Shown piece after piece: positions 51,604-64,000 of a DNA stretch of 64,000 nucleotides. The stretch covers positions 5,208,001 to 5,272,000 of the forward strand of contig OZ176053.1 of the NCBI GenBank assembly GCA_964247055.1, in the 5' to 3' direction. This stretch comes from Paragordius varius (Eukaryota > Animalia > Nematomorpha). The notes under the pieces were generated by a model. It was given only the letters and a program-made list of their open reading frames with translations. It ran no database searches and was not told the DNA's origin. Positions within the stretch are counted from its first letter, which is position 1; every line of letters begins with the position of its first letter. Made by a program: the position numbers and the translations under genes.

Positions 51604-54063
51604 CAGTGATACTCAAACCGCGGCCCTAAGAGTGCTTTAAAATTGCCCTATGACCATATCGATACTTATATTATTTTTTTAACACATAAACGAATTTTCG
51701 ATTATTTTAATATTATTTTATTTTCTTTAAATTTAATTTTGGTAGTTTTTATTTTTTACCCAATTCGAAATGTAAAAAATATCCCTACATTAAAATAATT
51801 TCAAAATTTTGGCACAAGCTGCTTCTGTTTCTGTATTCTATATTCTTTTCTATTTTGAAATTTTTATTGCATTCCTTTTTTGTATTTAAGCAAGCCTTTC
51901 ATTCAAACTTGCATAGACATATTCTCATAGCTATCCCGCCTCATTTTTTATAACTCATTCCCATAAATTATTTTTCAAATAAACATCATTAAATTTCAAC
52001 TTGTTTTTTTATAGCGTAATTCAAATTATATTCCTATTTTTTGAAAAAATTTACATAATATTTAAACATAAATTCAAAGGATGACATCTAATGCTAAAAA
52101 ACGTAAATTATCCGATGAAAATGACCCTTTAAAAAGAATGGGAAGATAAATTCTTTGTCGTTTAAAATAAAAATGTTGTTACCTGACTTATATGTAAGGA
52201 GAACTTAATTATAAAAAAAATACAATATTGAAAGAATTTTACAATCCTTTTTTCTCATAAATTACCAGAAAATCATGAAGAAAAACGAAAAATATAAAAA
52301 GATTAAGGAGTTATACCAAAGGAAAATCTATTATGTCCATAGCTTTCTACCAAGAAAAAGTTGTATAATTAGCTTCGTCTGAAATTTGTTATATTTTAGG
52401 AAAAAATATCAACCGTTTGCTGATTGCCAACTAAAAGAATGTCTAATAAATGGATGCACTTTTTTATTTGATAAATTCCATATAAAGATCAAATCAGGCA
52501 AATTAAAAAACTTCAACTTTCTGCAACATGTGCTCGACGCATTGACGATATGTCTAAATATATTTTTAACAATACATTATTGGCCCTCAAAAACTGCAAA
52601 TATTTTAGTAATGCTATTGTTTCCAGCACTGATATTAGTACAATACCTCAATGTTCGCTCTTCGTAAGATTTTGCAACGACAACATAATCAACGATATTT
52701 AAATTTTTACCAATGAATAATACCACGAAAGGAAGTGATTTTCTCGAAATAATTAACACCTTTTTCGATAATAATGGTATATCTATGAAAAAATGGTTTC
52801 AATCTGCACAGATGGCTGCCCCTCTATGAGAATAACCAAAGGATTTATTCCTCTTTTGAAAAACAAATATAATTTACAAAATATTTTATCCTTTCACTGC
52901 TTTATTCATCAAACTTGGTTTCGCGTTTAAAAGATGAATCACTCAATTCAGTAATTAAAACGGTGGATATAGTTAACCGCATCCGTGGCAGAGAATTCAA
53001 CCGCCGTAAATTCAAAAACCTTCTGAAAGATATCGACAGTCAGTTTGATTATATTCTTTTGTACACCGCTGTGAGATGGTTATAGCAAAGTATTAAATAG
53101 ATTTTTTGTTTTAAGACATGAAATTCTATTATTTATAAAAGATAACAGAAAGTTTGACGAGGAAATTAATAGTGACATATGGTGGGTTTTATTAGCCTAC
53201 CTTTGCGACATTACTTATAAACTTTTTAATACGTCGTCAAGGAAGCAAAATAATAACCCAATTTTGTAATATCTTTTAAAAATTAATAATATAAACTAGA
53301 TTTTATAAATTAAACACTCCTATATTTTCCAACACTTAAAACGATTCATGAAGAAAATATGGAATTTACCGCGGAGATTAATTTAAAAATAGATTATCCA
53401 ACATTTATATCTAATGAGATATAATTCAGATTTCAAAAATTAAATTATATTAAAAATTGCTTAAAACTCGTTGAAATCCATGGCATATGGATATATTTAA
53501 TATTAAACAACTTGAGAGCATTTCGGTTTTGATCAGGCGCATATCATTGAAGACCTCGTAGGTTTTAAAAATTCCAATTTGGATATTCAAAGAGAATCGT
53601 AGAGAAGAAAGATATTTAGAGTTTTTGCAAGAAGTGCCAAATAAATATGAAAATATAAAAAATGTGCCCAAGTTATCCTAACTCTTTTTCCCTCTAATTA
53701 TACGTGTGAGGCGTCATATTCAAAAATAAAATATGTCAAGAATACATACAGAAACCGCTTAACCGATGATCATACGTATTAAGATTGGTCTGTCATGAGG
53801 TGAAACCAAATTTGTCAAAAAATATTGGTTAATATCGAAATAAAAATTGTTATTAAAATAGTTTAATTTTTAAACTAAATGGTAAACCAGTTTTTAGCTG
53901 GATTTACATGCGATCCGCAAAAAATTCATTGTGCTGACTTAGAGTATAAATATGTGCATATGTGTTAAATAGCTATGGAATATTTGCTATTATAAGGTTC
54001 ATGGCCCTCGAAAAAAAAATATATTTTATTTGGCCCGTCAAATTTTTTTGGTGAGTACAACTG
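51604..54063 (+). mobile_element. hAT (Buster/SPIN-type) DNA transposon, near full length, decayed
   Basis: TIRs CAGTGATACTCAAAC / GGTGAGTACAACTG; subterminal GGCCC motifs; degenerate 8-bp flanks TATATTAA / TATTATAA; contains a transposase remnant. Confidence 0.88.
52081..53830 (+). pseudogene. Buster/SPIN-type (GTF2IRD2/ZBED8-like) hAT transposase pseudogene
   Basis: Fragments MTSNAKKRKLSDEND..KEWEDKFF, ICTDGCPSM, FHCFIHQ, YTAVRWL, PSNYTCEASYS..KNTYRNRLTDDH (hAT dimerization domain); multiple frameshifts and stops. Confidence 0.88.
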
Positions 54064-55370
54064 TATTATAACATCAATTGTTGGTTTAATTAAGAAAAAT
54101 CCAAATTTAAAATTTTAGAGTATTATAAATCATTTTATAATATTTCATTTAAAAATAGTTGCTACTATTGTTAGGCAAATGGGAAGTGTGGTATATTTAA
54201 AGAGAAGACAATTGTTTTTTCGTAAAATGAGATGTGGACCAAGAAATATAATATTTCTTAAGTTTGTGCGATATGTAAGTTTTATATTAGTTAAAATACA
54301 TGTTAAACGTCGTGTCACTGACTTATCCGTTTATCTAATATATGAATAATATTTTTCTTGAAATTTATAATAAGATCACGATATATGTCAGAACACTAAT
54401 ATAAAACTCTGTCATATGCACTTATATTAGGCATCATCTGTTAATAAAGATCACCAATGCATAAAAAAATTTATGATTAACATGTAATTTTCAAAATATG
54501 GCGAAAGCGATAATAATACATGTCTCGCATGTATTGTCAACTAAAATTTAATGAACACGTTAATATTTTTAAAATTTGCCAAATATATACCTAGCTTAAA
54601 ATAAATTTTATGGTTAAAATCCATCGGCTATGTGGTTCTTGCTCAGCATAGCTTAGAACTTTTCTAGCTTGTTTCCGCAAAACATAAATGAAATTTGCAA
54701 TCTAAAATAGATGTAATATATGAGCCTGATATCTTATTCTATATATTTGCACTCATTTGTGTTGACCAATTTAAACAAAATCTATAACTTTTATTGGATC
54801 CATGTGGCAAAAATATAAAAATCATGTAACTTGTGATTTCGATTGCCAATAATTATATTTCTCCTAAGACTTGGGTAGCAAATTTTATCCCCCTTTATTG
54901 GTGTAATACAAATTGAAGTTTAGCTAGATTCTGCCAAATTATTTTTTTCCGCAGAGTGCTCCCAACAAATTATTCAACTTACGAAAAAATACCTGATGAA
55001 TTATATATTGATGAAAAAATGTATAATATTAAGGTGCTTTGGCTAGATTATGACATCAAAAAATTAATGTTGAAAAAATGCCTACATTGTTTAAAATTTA
55101 ATTCATAGCGAAATTCTCTGGACGCGTAATTTATCGTATCTTAGAGCATGGTGAAAACGGCAGAAAGGCACCTAAAGATATTATAACTTTGTTTTTTATA
55201 TACACAGTGTACACAAAATAATTTTCTGGTGAAATATATATATATATATATTCTGATAAAAATATGTATCCTGATTACCATGGTGCTTTAAGTTTTTATG
55301 AGTGATTTAAGAATGTTATTTGCACATTTGTGGAAATTGCTCAACAAAAATGGCGAAATTTGCGATTTTG

Positions 55371-55435
55371 TTAACACTTGGACACAACACATTCATTTTG
55401 GTCCTTCGATTCATATTGGGGCTGTTGGGTATTTG
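55371..55435 (+). mobile_element. Family A MITE long-end fragment
   Basis: TTAACACTTGGACACAACACATTCATTTTGGTCCTTCGATTCATATTGGGG, then similarity is lost. Confidence 0.7.
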
Positions 55436-56304
55436 TTATCTTTTAAGATAAAGAGATAATATAAGAAATGTGAAATGAATTATTTATTTGGTTTTTTTAG
55501 GGTGTATATATAGTAATTTTAGTTGTACATGATTTGCATTATATCAATAAAATTTCAAATAACAAAGGTTATAATATTTACATATTACTCAAAAAATATA
55601 AAAAATAATACAATTCAAATAACGGTGAAAGTCATGATATACAACCAAGGTATGTATTTCACATTTGCATTTAACACAGAATATTATGATATAAAAATAA
55701 AGTATCTTTCAGATTTGCATAACAGTATTCCAGGCCTTTGAGAAGCAAATAATTTACTAAACCCCTATTGATATAAAGTTCTATCGCTTATTTTATATTT
55801 ATTAATCCCTAATTAACTAAATATAACAGGAAATTTACATTTGAATTTAAGTCTATACAAGCTTCAGACAATCGAATTACAAATATTTATTATTTATGAT
55901 TAGCATCGCCTTAAGAGAAAGAAAACTTTAAAGGTAAATTTTTTAATTTAGACATATATTTGAATATTCTTATATAAGATATTTGACAGTTATTGTATCG
56001 CGAGAAGCAGCAATAAAATTAGTCTTATAAATTTTGTAAAGAAATTAGCATAAATTGAGAACATTCCACTTTCCTGAAAATTTATATTTAGGTTAACTGT
56101 ACAATAGTATAAATACATGAAAGAAACAAACTCATTAAAAGATAGTTTGTCAACAGGTCAACAAAATTTATAAAAATCTTAATTACCCAGAATAATTCTA
56201 CTGAATGATATCGTTTTAATATTTAATGCTTTATATCTAATTATGTATCTTTATTTATTCAACGATCATTTTTCAAAATAAATTAAATCGTTTATTACTT
56301 AGAT

Positions 56305-56610
56305 CAGTGACACTCAAACCGCGGCCCGGGCATCTCTATGATGCCATGAATTATTAAATAATTTTGTGATTTAATACTTTGGTAAACGCATCTCGTTGAA
56401 ATTCTATCCAAAAATAATGTGCTGAAGTTTCCCTTGTGGTTTTGTCTCAACTTTCATCAAGGCATATTAAAATAAAAATTATTTTAAAATATAGAGCTAT
56501 GACGTTAGATTGGCCTGTTTCGATAATCAGATTTGTCAAAATAATATTATTTGATTGTGGCCATAGATAAAATATATTTTATTCGGCCAGTTAGTTTTGG
56601 TGAGTATTTA
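56305..56610 (+). mobile_element. ~300-bp derivative of the same Buster family
   Basis: CAGTGACACTCAAACCGCGGCCC start; degenerate ...GGCCAG...TTTGGTGAGTA end. Confidence 0.65.
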
Positions 56611-56969
56611 GGATTTTGATGGATAATCACAACGAATTCCGATTTAGCATGGATCGGCAAATATATGTATAATGAAATATAATCTCCAAATAATTTATTT
56701 TGATTATTTTCATAGTTTAAATAAACATTCAAGAGTATCTAGCTCAACACAAATTAGATATAAACTTAGCTCATAATAGAACTTTATAAATAAAACAAAC
56801 AACAGACGTTCCTTTTGGGACAACCTCTTCAATAATCAATGAACATAGTTTAGGTCATAAATATTGACTATGTGTTCAGAAAATATTGATAATCAAACGT
56901 GTTATTATTCTGCGAATACTCATTTATTAAAGTTTTTTATAATATACAAAAATAATCAATATTAAAAAT

Positions 56970-57597
56970 TTAGCAATTATTGCAATAAAGATCGTTTTTC
57001 TGTTGGCATACTTTGCAAAATATTACGGATTTTTGACATAATTGGCACAATAATACGGATTTTTTGCCAACAGATCTTGGACACAAATAGCCTCTTGTGG
57101 AATATATAAATATATATACCTTTTTGGCACATTAATATTATTGCGTTCCGAAATTCCCAACTTTTCTAAAGCCGAAAATTAAAATGCCATGTATGATTTA
57201 CGACGCCCATAGCAATCAAGATACCGAAATTCGTATATAGATAATATACCTAAAAAGGCATTAAATTCTTCTTTGTTCAAATAAATCCAGTTTTCCGATT
57301 GAGCGTGAGCATTTGTGTACTTTATAATAAAATTTTTTATGTCATAGGTTATGAGAGAATTTAATATTGTGAGTGGGTCCTAAATAATTGATTTGAGCTC
57401 GAGGATAAAACGGATTATATTGGGTTGCTTGATTTTTGTAGAATAGTGTTTAATCCAAACAAATGATTTGGAATAAGCTATATTTCCATTATTATCTAAA
57501 TAAATTTTTTTATACCTGACTCCGAAGATGAGGAGTCCTCCACATTATCTCTTGAATAATCTCTGCTACTATCAAAATTATCTGAAAAATCTTCCAT
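56970..57597 (-). pseudogene. Internally deleted, decayed piggyBac transposase
   Basis: Acidic N-terminus MEDFSDNFDSSRDYSRDNVEDSSSSES; core-start motif IIKYTNAHAQSENWIYLNKEEFNAFLGIL; C-terminal Cys-rich domain RGYLCPRSVGKKSVLLCQLCQKSVIFCKVCQQKNDLYCNNC*. The catalytic DDD region is missing; frameshifts and stops are present. Confidence 0.75.
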
Positions 57598-57671
57598 AAC
57601 AACAAAATAAATGCTTCGTAACAGAAAATAATTTAAATGATATCTTTACAGGAAGTGGGATTAAGCAAACT

Positions 57672-58814
57672 TTAAAACTTGGATACAAAACAATCATTTC
57701 AGTCCTTCGATTGAAAATGGGGTAGTTGGATAACCCATGCCTGTTTAAAATTAAATTGATTTATAAATATGGAAGGAATCGAAACCATGGCAAAATTTTG
57801 CACTTATATGACATTGATAAACCGAAATATATAAATATTCAAAAATACTTGATATTACTTCTTTTGAGCTAAAACCCAAAGACAAAAATTTGGTCATGTG
57901 TGCGTAAAATGGAAAAATAAACCATAATGCATTTTTTCCATTTCTATCAATGTAAGATGTAATTTAAATCAATTAGCTTTAATTTTACCTTTAACACTTC
58001 GATTCAAATTGGGGTATCTAAATACCCCAAACTAAATTTGACTTAATATATTTAAAAAACTACTGAAGGAAACGGTCCCAATTTAAATTTATGCTTCTAT
58101 CCTAATAAAAATTATATAAATATGCCAAAATATCTAAATAAAATTTTGTTTTGAAAAAAAAGTTCCATGTCAAACTACCTCCGCCATTTTCATTTAAAAA
58201 AATTTTTGAAAAACATCGTCTTCATTTAATTTTAAGGGTAAAATTTAACCTAATTTTTTATTTAATTTCCATCTAACATTGGTGGAAATAGAAAAAGCTG
58301 TTTATTTTGTATTAATTTTCAATTTTACCATGGCACGCATATCAAGTTAAGTAAATTTTTACCTTTCGGTTTTAGCTTAAAATAAGTAATATCAAGTATT
58401 TTTGAATAAAATTTTTTATATATTTCGGTTTATTAAAGTTATATAAGTGCAAGATTTTGCCATGATTTCGATTCCTTCCACAATTTTAAAGAATTTATTT
58501 TTAAACAGGCCTGGGGTATTTAACTACCCCAATTTGAATCAAAGGACTAAAATGTTGTATCCAAGTGTTAAAATCAAATGAAGACGATATTTTGCAAAAA
58601 TTTTGTCAAATAAAAATAGCATCGAAGTAGTTTGACATGGAAGTTTTTTTTTCAAAACGAAATTATATTTAGATATTTTGGCTTATTTATATATTTTTAT
58701 TGGGATAGAGGCATAAATTTAAATTGGTACCGTTTCCTTCAGTAGTTTTTTAAAAATACTAATTCAAAATTAGCCTGGGGTATTTAGATTCCCCAATTCG
58801 AATTGAAGTGTTAA
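57672..58814 (+). mobile_element. Family A MITE host copy containing a nested inverted family A copy
   Basis: Long end at TTAA 57672. Interrupted at the internal ...ATTTTACC-TTAA, resumes at TTAA-AATCAAATGAAGACG (58568), ends GAATTGAAGTG-TTAA at 58811-58814. Confidence 0.9.
57991..58571 (-). mobile_element. Nested family A MITE with perfect TTAA target-site duplication
   Basis: TTAA(57991-94)-CACTTCGATTCAAATTGGGGTATCTAAATACCCC ... GTATCCAAGTG-TTAA(58568-71); the flanks rejoin into a contiguous family A sequence. Confidence 0.92.
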
Positions 58815-58889
58815 AAATAAGAAGATGTATTCTGGTAAAAAAAATCAAAAATAATTCTGCCGCTAAATAATTCGAGATGTGAGTTTTTT

Positions 58890-59050
58890 TATTAAAACTA
58901 AATTTTATTTAGATATTTTGATTTAATTATATAATTTTTATTGGGATTTAAACATAAATTTTAATTAGGGTCATTTTATTCGGTAGTTTTTTAAGAATAC
59001 CAATTTGAAAATGGTTTGGGGTATTTAGATACCACAATTTGAATCGATTA
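58890..59050 (+). mobile_element. Family A MITE right-end fragment
   Basis: ...TTTGGGGTATTTAGATACCACAATTTGAATCGA, matching the short end. Confidence 0.7.
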
Positions 59051-59837
59051 AAAATCTTCAATCAAAATAACACCCCATTACCTTTTGGAGTGATTATATC
59101 CTAGAGCTATATAAAATTCGAATATCTTAAAAATTATTTAAAGTATTAAGCGAAATATATGTATTCTATAGCCTTCGTACATAAAAATAGTTTTAAATAA
59201 ATGCGAAATTATAAAAAATCCTCATCTCAAACTTTTTTTGCTTATTTTATCTATAAATATTTTAAATCACTAATATCACAAGCAAAATGCTCTGTATTAT
59301 GGTTAAAAAATGTTAATGACTTTAAAATGCCAGGCTGCATTCCAGCAAAAATTTGATAAATTTTGATTTTAACTTTAGCTATTCGTTTCAATTGGATTTT
59401 AAGGCTGAATTTAGAGCTGCAAGTCACAAAACTATAAAACTATAATTTTTTTATCTAATGCATGAGAATGTTTGATAATTAAATTATACCTAAAGTAATT
59501 TCAATACTGTATTTTATTATTGAGCTCTGGGGTTAAAACCACCCCAAAAGGTAAATTAGGACAAAAAAGTGAAAAGGTAATGAAATATGACAAAATAAAA
59601 CGGAGCGATATTTTTTGCAAAAAAATCTTCGGAGCCGCAACTATATATCTATTGCTTTACTACTTTATAAAAATTTACCAGAATATAACAATTGATTAAG
59701 CGGGAGGCAAAAAAGTTTTCGGTTCATATTGCGATTGTATAAATTATTAATATGAGTGGACTTTATCGGAAATTTTTTAAATAAAAATCAATGTGTTGCA
59801 AAATTCTATTAAAAATTTGTACATTTTATTTTTTCTT

Positions 59838-60414
59838 TTCGATACAAATTGGGGTATCTAAATACCCCGACAAAATTTAAATAAATATTTTTAAAAAACT
59901 ACTGAAGGAAACGGTCCCAATTTAAATTTATGCTTCTATCCTAATAAAAATTATATAAATATGCCAAAATCTCTAAATAAAATTTTGTTTTGAAAAAATA
60001 GTTCCATGTCAAACTACTTCGACGCCATTTTTATTTTACATAATTTTTGCAAAATATCGTCTTCATTTAATTTTAAGCATATAATTAAAGCAAATTTTTT
60101 ATTTAAATTACATCTAACATTGATAAATATAGAAAAAGCGGTTTATTTTGTGTTATTTTTTGATTTTATCATTTCACACATGCCACATTGACAAAATTTT
60201 TGCCTTTCGGTTTTTGCTTAAAATAAGTAATATCAAGTATTTATGAAAATAATTTTTTATATATTTCGTATTAATGTTATATAAGTGCAAAATTTTGCTA
60301 TGGTTTCGATTCCTTCCATACTTTTTAAAGTGTTTGATTTTAAATAGGCCTGGGGTATCTAACTATTCCAATTCGAATCGAAGGATTAAAATGAGTGTGT
60401 TGTATCCAAGTGTT
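59838..60414 (-). mobile_element. Family A MITE copy
   Basis: TTCGATACAAATTGGGGTATCTAAATACCCC ... GTGTTGTATCCAAGTGTT; terminal TTAAs degenerate. Confidence 0.85.
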
Positions 60415-60995
60415 GTCAAACAAACTAGCTCCATTTTATGGACCAGTAATAATATATTATTTTAACAGATACTTTACCATTTATTGCTTGACATCCTTTA
60501 TTATGGCAAAATCAAAAAATCATACGTCTCACAATCAATGTAAGTTTTTCTATATTTTTAGCTAGAAAACAGCATAGAAATGGAATACGAAAGCCAAGAA
60601 GGCAAAGATTTTTGAGCACTGCTGGGGTATTATTAATTTTTTATTGTAGATGGATCCTAAATTTGTTAAAAATTTGAAATACGCTCGTAAACACAATAAA
60701 AAGTCTAATAAGAAGATGGATACTAATTAAAAAATAAATAACTTTTCATCATGAAAATTATTTGTTATGATGTACATCATACAATAACTTGTTTCGCGCT
60801 TTTAATGATGAGAATATTCTTTCTGCATATACATAAAATCCCTATCGGTTCTAATATTTAACCCATTAAGTATTTTGTGCCATTTTATTACCATTTGGTT
60901 CTACACTATCTGCGGAGCGCCTGCGGCTCTCATCTTTTTGTGCTGTCCGCTAAAAACTAAAAATTACCAAATTAAACCGACATATGTACAATATG

Positions 60996-63900
60996 CAAGA
61001 GTAAATTTTGTTGCTACTTAGCAGTCCTTCGGACTTCTTGGGGCGCCTTATTTGGGATAACAAAATTCTGATCCATAATGTGGAATTTCGCAACATTATT
61101 TAATAGTTATGCTCTCATAGGATTTTCAAAACAGTGCATTCATACTAATATATTGTTTACTGGTGTGAAGGCACCAAATTGACGGCCAACGGAAAAAACC
61201 GCTATACTATAGCTTTTATATTTATTTAGAGCCTTTATTGAACTCGTATGGCTTTTTAAGTTTTTTGAAAATTAGTTCCAAAACTACGTCATTTTTGTAT
61301 GGCGTCTTAGTTTTAAACCGGTCCACCCCAACCCATAGACCTATATGGAAAAAATGAGGCCATATATTGGGAATCATCTTTGATATCATCGTCTCATGAG
61401 TTATTGGATAAAATACCTTAAAATTAAATAACCGTTATATGATGGCGTATTTTTAGGGCATAAAGACCCCAAATTGACAACTAATAAAAAACGTTCTACC
61501 TTAATTCAAACCTAGTTACGGGTAATATTTTAAGTTTTTAATCATTTCATATGGCTTCCTAAGCAATTCATATATAGTGGCGCAGTTTTTGGCTGGTAGC
61601 TCCTCACCCAGGCGCAGGTATGAAAACTTTGATGAAATTTTTGTCTTTATATGGGAAATATTGGAATTTGGATTCCATATGTTCCTATAAATTATTGGAA
61701 ATATTGCTTCAAAACTAAAAAATTGTTGTATTGCGCGGCATTTTTAGGGCGTAAAACCTTACTTAGTGACTGATTAAATAACCTAAATACTAAAATATTA
61801 TTTTTAAGAAGAGGGTAATAAATATTTTAACCCCTTTGAACTCACATAGTATTATAAGTTTTCTGAAATTTGACTCCAAAGGCATGTTGTATCTATATGC
61901 TGACAGAGGCGGTTCGCCCCCTACCCAGAGGCTTATATAAAAAAGACATTTGATAAAAAAATTTGTCTTCATAGGGAATACCTGGACATTCTGTTAAGTA
62001 GACTTTTTAATTTCGATTGCTAAATTAATCTTTTAAAGGGTTTGTTGACATTGTGTAATAACTCGGTTTTAATTATCTGGTGGCCTTTGTTGCAGACGTG
62101 CTCTGCTAGGCTACAATTAGGTTTGTTGACATTGTGTAATAACTCGGTTTTAATTATCTGGTGGCCTTTGTTGCAGACGTGCTCTGCTAGGCTACAATTA
62201 GGTTTGTTGTGCTTAATATACTGTTGATGTTCTCTAATCTAATATTGATGAATCTGCTTGTCTCACCTACGTAAACTTCATTGTAAGAACAAGTAGCCTT
62301 CAGTAATTAACACCTTAATAAAACGAGCCTACAATATATGTTATCCAACCTCACTCAAGTCAATCAATACACTCAAAAATTTATTTGAACTTAATGGTTA
62401 CTCAAAAGATTTTGATAAATACATAATAAAACAACACGAAAAAATGATAATACTTTGTGGCGACTGCTATTTTATCTTACATTCAAAATGTTACCCCAAA
62501 ATTTGGCAAAATCCTAAATAAATTTAATATTAGGTAAGTATAAACACCTTTTAAAAAACTAATAAATCTTACAAAAGTTAGAGATCCCATTCCTCGAGAC
62601 AAATTACCCGGGATATATAAGGCTACTTGTTCTTGTAATGAAGTTTACATAGGCGAGACAAGCAGATCCATCAATATTAGATTAAGAAAACTTCAACAGT
62701 ATATCAAGGGCAACAAATCTAATTTTGGCCTAGCAGAACACGTCTGCAACGAAGGCCACAAAATAATTAAAACCGAGATATTACACAATATCAATAACCC
62801 CTTTAAAAAATAATTTTAGAAGCGATTGAAATTAAGAATAATGCTCTACTTAAAAGCTTACAATCTATCATCAATATGGACTTATGTTCTATGGCAATAG
62901 CAACAGAATTAATCAATTTTTATTATCTAATATAATATTCTCCACTTTCCATTACACCCACTTAATTATATGTACTAGTTTCCAGAATTTTACTTAATCC
63001 TATAATTGCTTTCCACTGGTATATATAGTAGTGCGTTTTCATTTTCGCCACTATGATCAAGATCATGCTAACATAATCGAAATATAAGTTCTATTAATAA
63101 GTATTTTATTTGTTAATAATATATTCATACGTCTGCCAAAATTCATTTTATATTCATACCATATGTTCTTAATAATTTTTGAAAGAATGGCCTTAAAACT
63201 AAAAAAAAACTTCAATGAGCCCATTTTCAGGGCGTAAAGGGCTCAATTAACGGCCAATTTAAAAAAACCACTCTTACGGGTATTTCAGGCCCTTATTAAT
63301 TATATGGCGTGATAAGTTTTCTGAAAATCAACTCCTAAACAACGCCATTTCAATATGTGGGGCAGTTTTAGGCGGGTAGCTCATTACCCAGAGTCTGATA
63401 CAAAAAAGCGCTTGATTAAAATTTTTGCCTTTTGGAGAATACCTAATATCATGAGTGATTCCATATGCTCTCGTTAATTTTTGGAAAAATTGCCTAAAAC
63501 TAAAAAATCACTAGATGATGGCACATTTTTGAGGGCGTGAAGTGCCTAATTAACCCGCTAATTTTAACAAACCGCTCCACCTAAATTTTTGCCTTGTTAC
63601 GAATAATATTTTAAGCATCTATCGGACTAATATGGCTGATAGGTTTTCTGAATTTAGCCCCAAAGGCATGCTATTTCGATATGACGGGGCAGTTTTTAGA
63701 GGGTATATCCTTACCCAGCAGCGAATAAAGAAACTTTCAGCAGGGAATACCTCGAATTCTCATTGAACTTTTACGTTCTCATACCCTGGGCAAAAAATAG
63801 ATTCAAAAAATTATTTTTGTGGACTTAATTTTTTTTGAAAAAAATGGCATTTTACGGGGCTGTAAGAAGATGTCCCAAAGCCGACTATGTTCGGCGCAAT

Positions 63901-64000
63901 CGAAAATAAGTAAAAAATTCATATTTGAAATCGAATAAACACGTTTTCCGGAAAATTTTCTCATAGACACGATTTTTAAGGACTTGTTTCCAAAAAAACC
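60996..64000 (-). mobile_element. Helitron family B copy (reverse strand, runs off the window), interrupted at ~61993-63140 by a Penelope-like insertion
   Basis: The reverse complement of 63150-64000 matches the 5' modules of copy 1 (~2100-2830). The reverse complement of 60996-61992 matches modules ~2680-3589, including a degenerate 3' end (GAAGTCCGAAGGACT...AAATTTACTCTTG). Continuity across the insert is an inference. Confidence 0.7.
61993..63120. mobile_element. Decayed Penelope-like retroelement fragments (RT thumb/linker and GIY-YIG endonuclease) in inverted arrangement
   Basis: Plus strand ~62310-62900 translates, with frameshifts, to ...KVRDPIPRDKLPGIYKATCSCNEVYIGETSRSINIR...GLAEHVCNEGHKII...EAIEI. 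A ~85%-identical (by eye) GIY-YIG copy lies on the minus strand at 61993-62310 and carries an 81-bp tandem duplication. Confidence 0.85.

Noticed and set aside
62037-62207. 81-bp direct repeat and ORF 62042..62227 with a duplicated peptide
   Set aside because: Only two units with no spacers, so not CRISPR. It is a tandem duplication inside the antisense Penelope GIY-YIG fragment, and the plus-strand ORF is spurious.

Overview
Very AT-rich (roughly a quarter GC, by eye) intron-containing animal genomic DNA, probably from a protostome invertebrate; the taxon cannot be fixed from sequence alone. It is not prokaryotic, and I found no CRISPR array, rRNA or intact tRNA. Two spliced minus-strand genes were reconstructed by hand with GT-AG introns and consistent phases. 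(1) par-6 (PB1-semiCRIB-PDZ; ATG 16349, 6-7 exons) carries an unusual ~59-aa insertion inside the PDZ carboxylate-binding loop, and a duplicated 3' splice acceptor allows up to three C-termini. (2) A GPR158/GPR179-like class C GPCR (15 exons, 42054..22567, ~1511 aa) has a very long hydrophobic, possibly pro-peptide-like, N-terminal extension. The rest is a dense transposon landscape: 12 copies or fragments of a TTAA-specific piggyBac-like MITE with asymmetric bipartite ends (one nested in another with a perfect TTAA duplication); an internally deleted piggyBac transposase; non-autonomous Helitrons (TC...CTAG) built of tandem modules; Buster-type hAT elements including a decayed transposase; a Penelope-like GIY-YIG fragment in inverted arrangement inside a Helitron, with a possible decayed hammerhead; and long foldback elements in introns of both genes.
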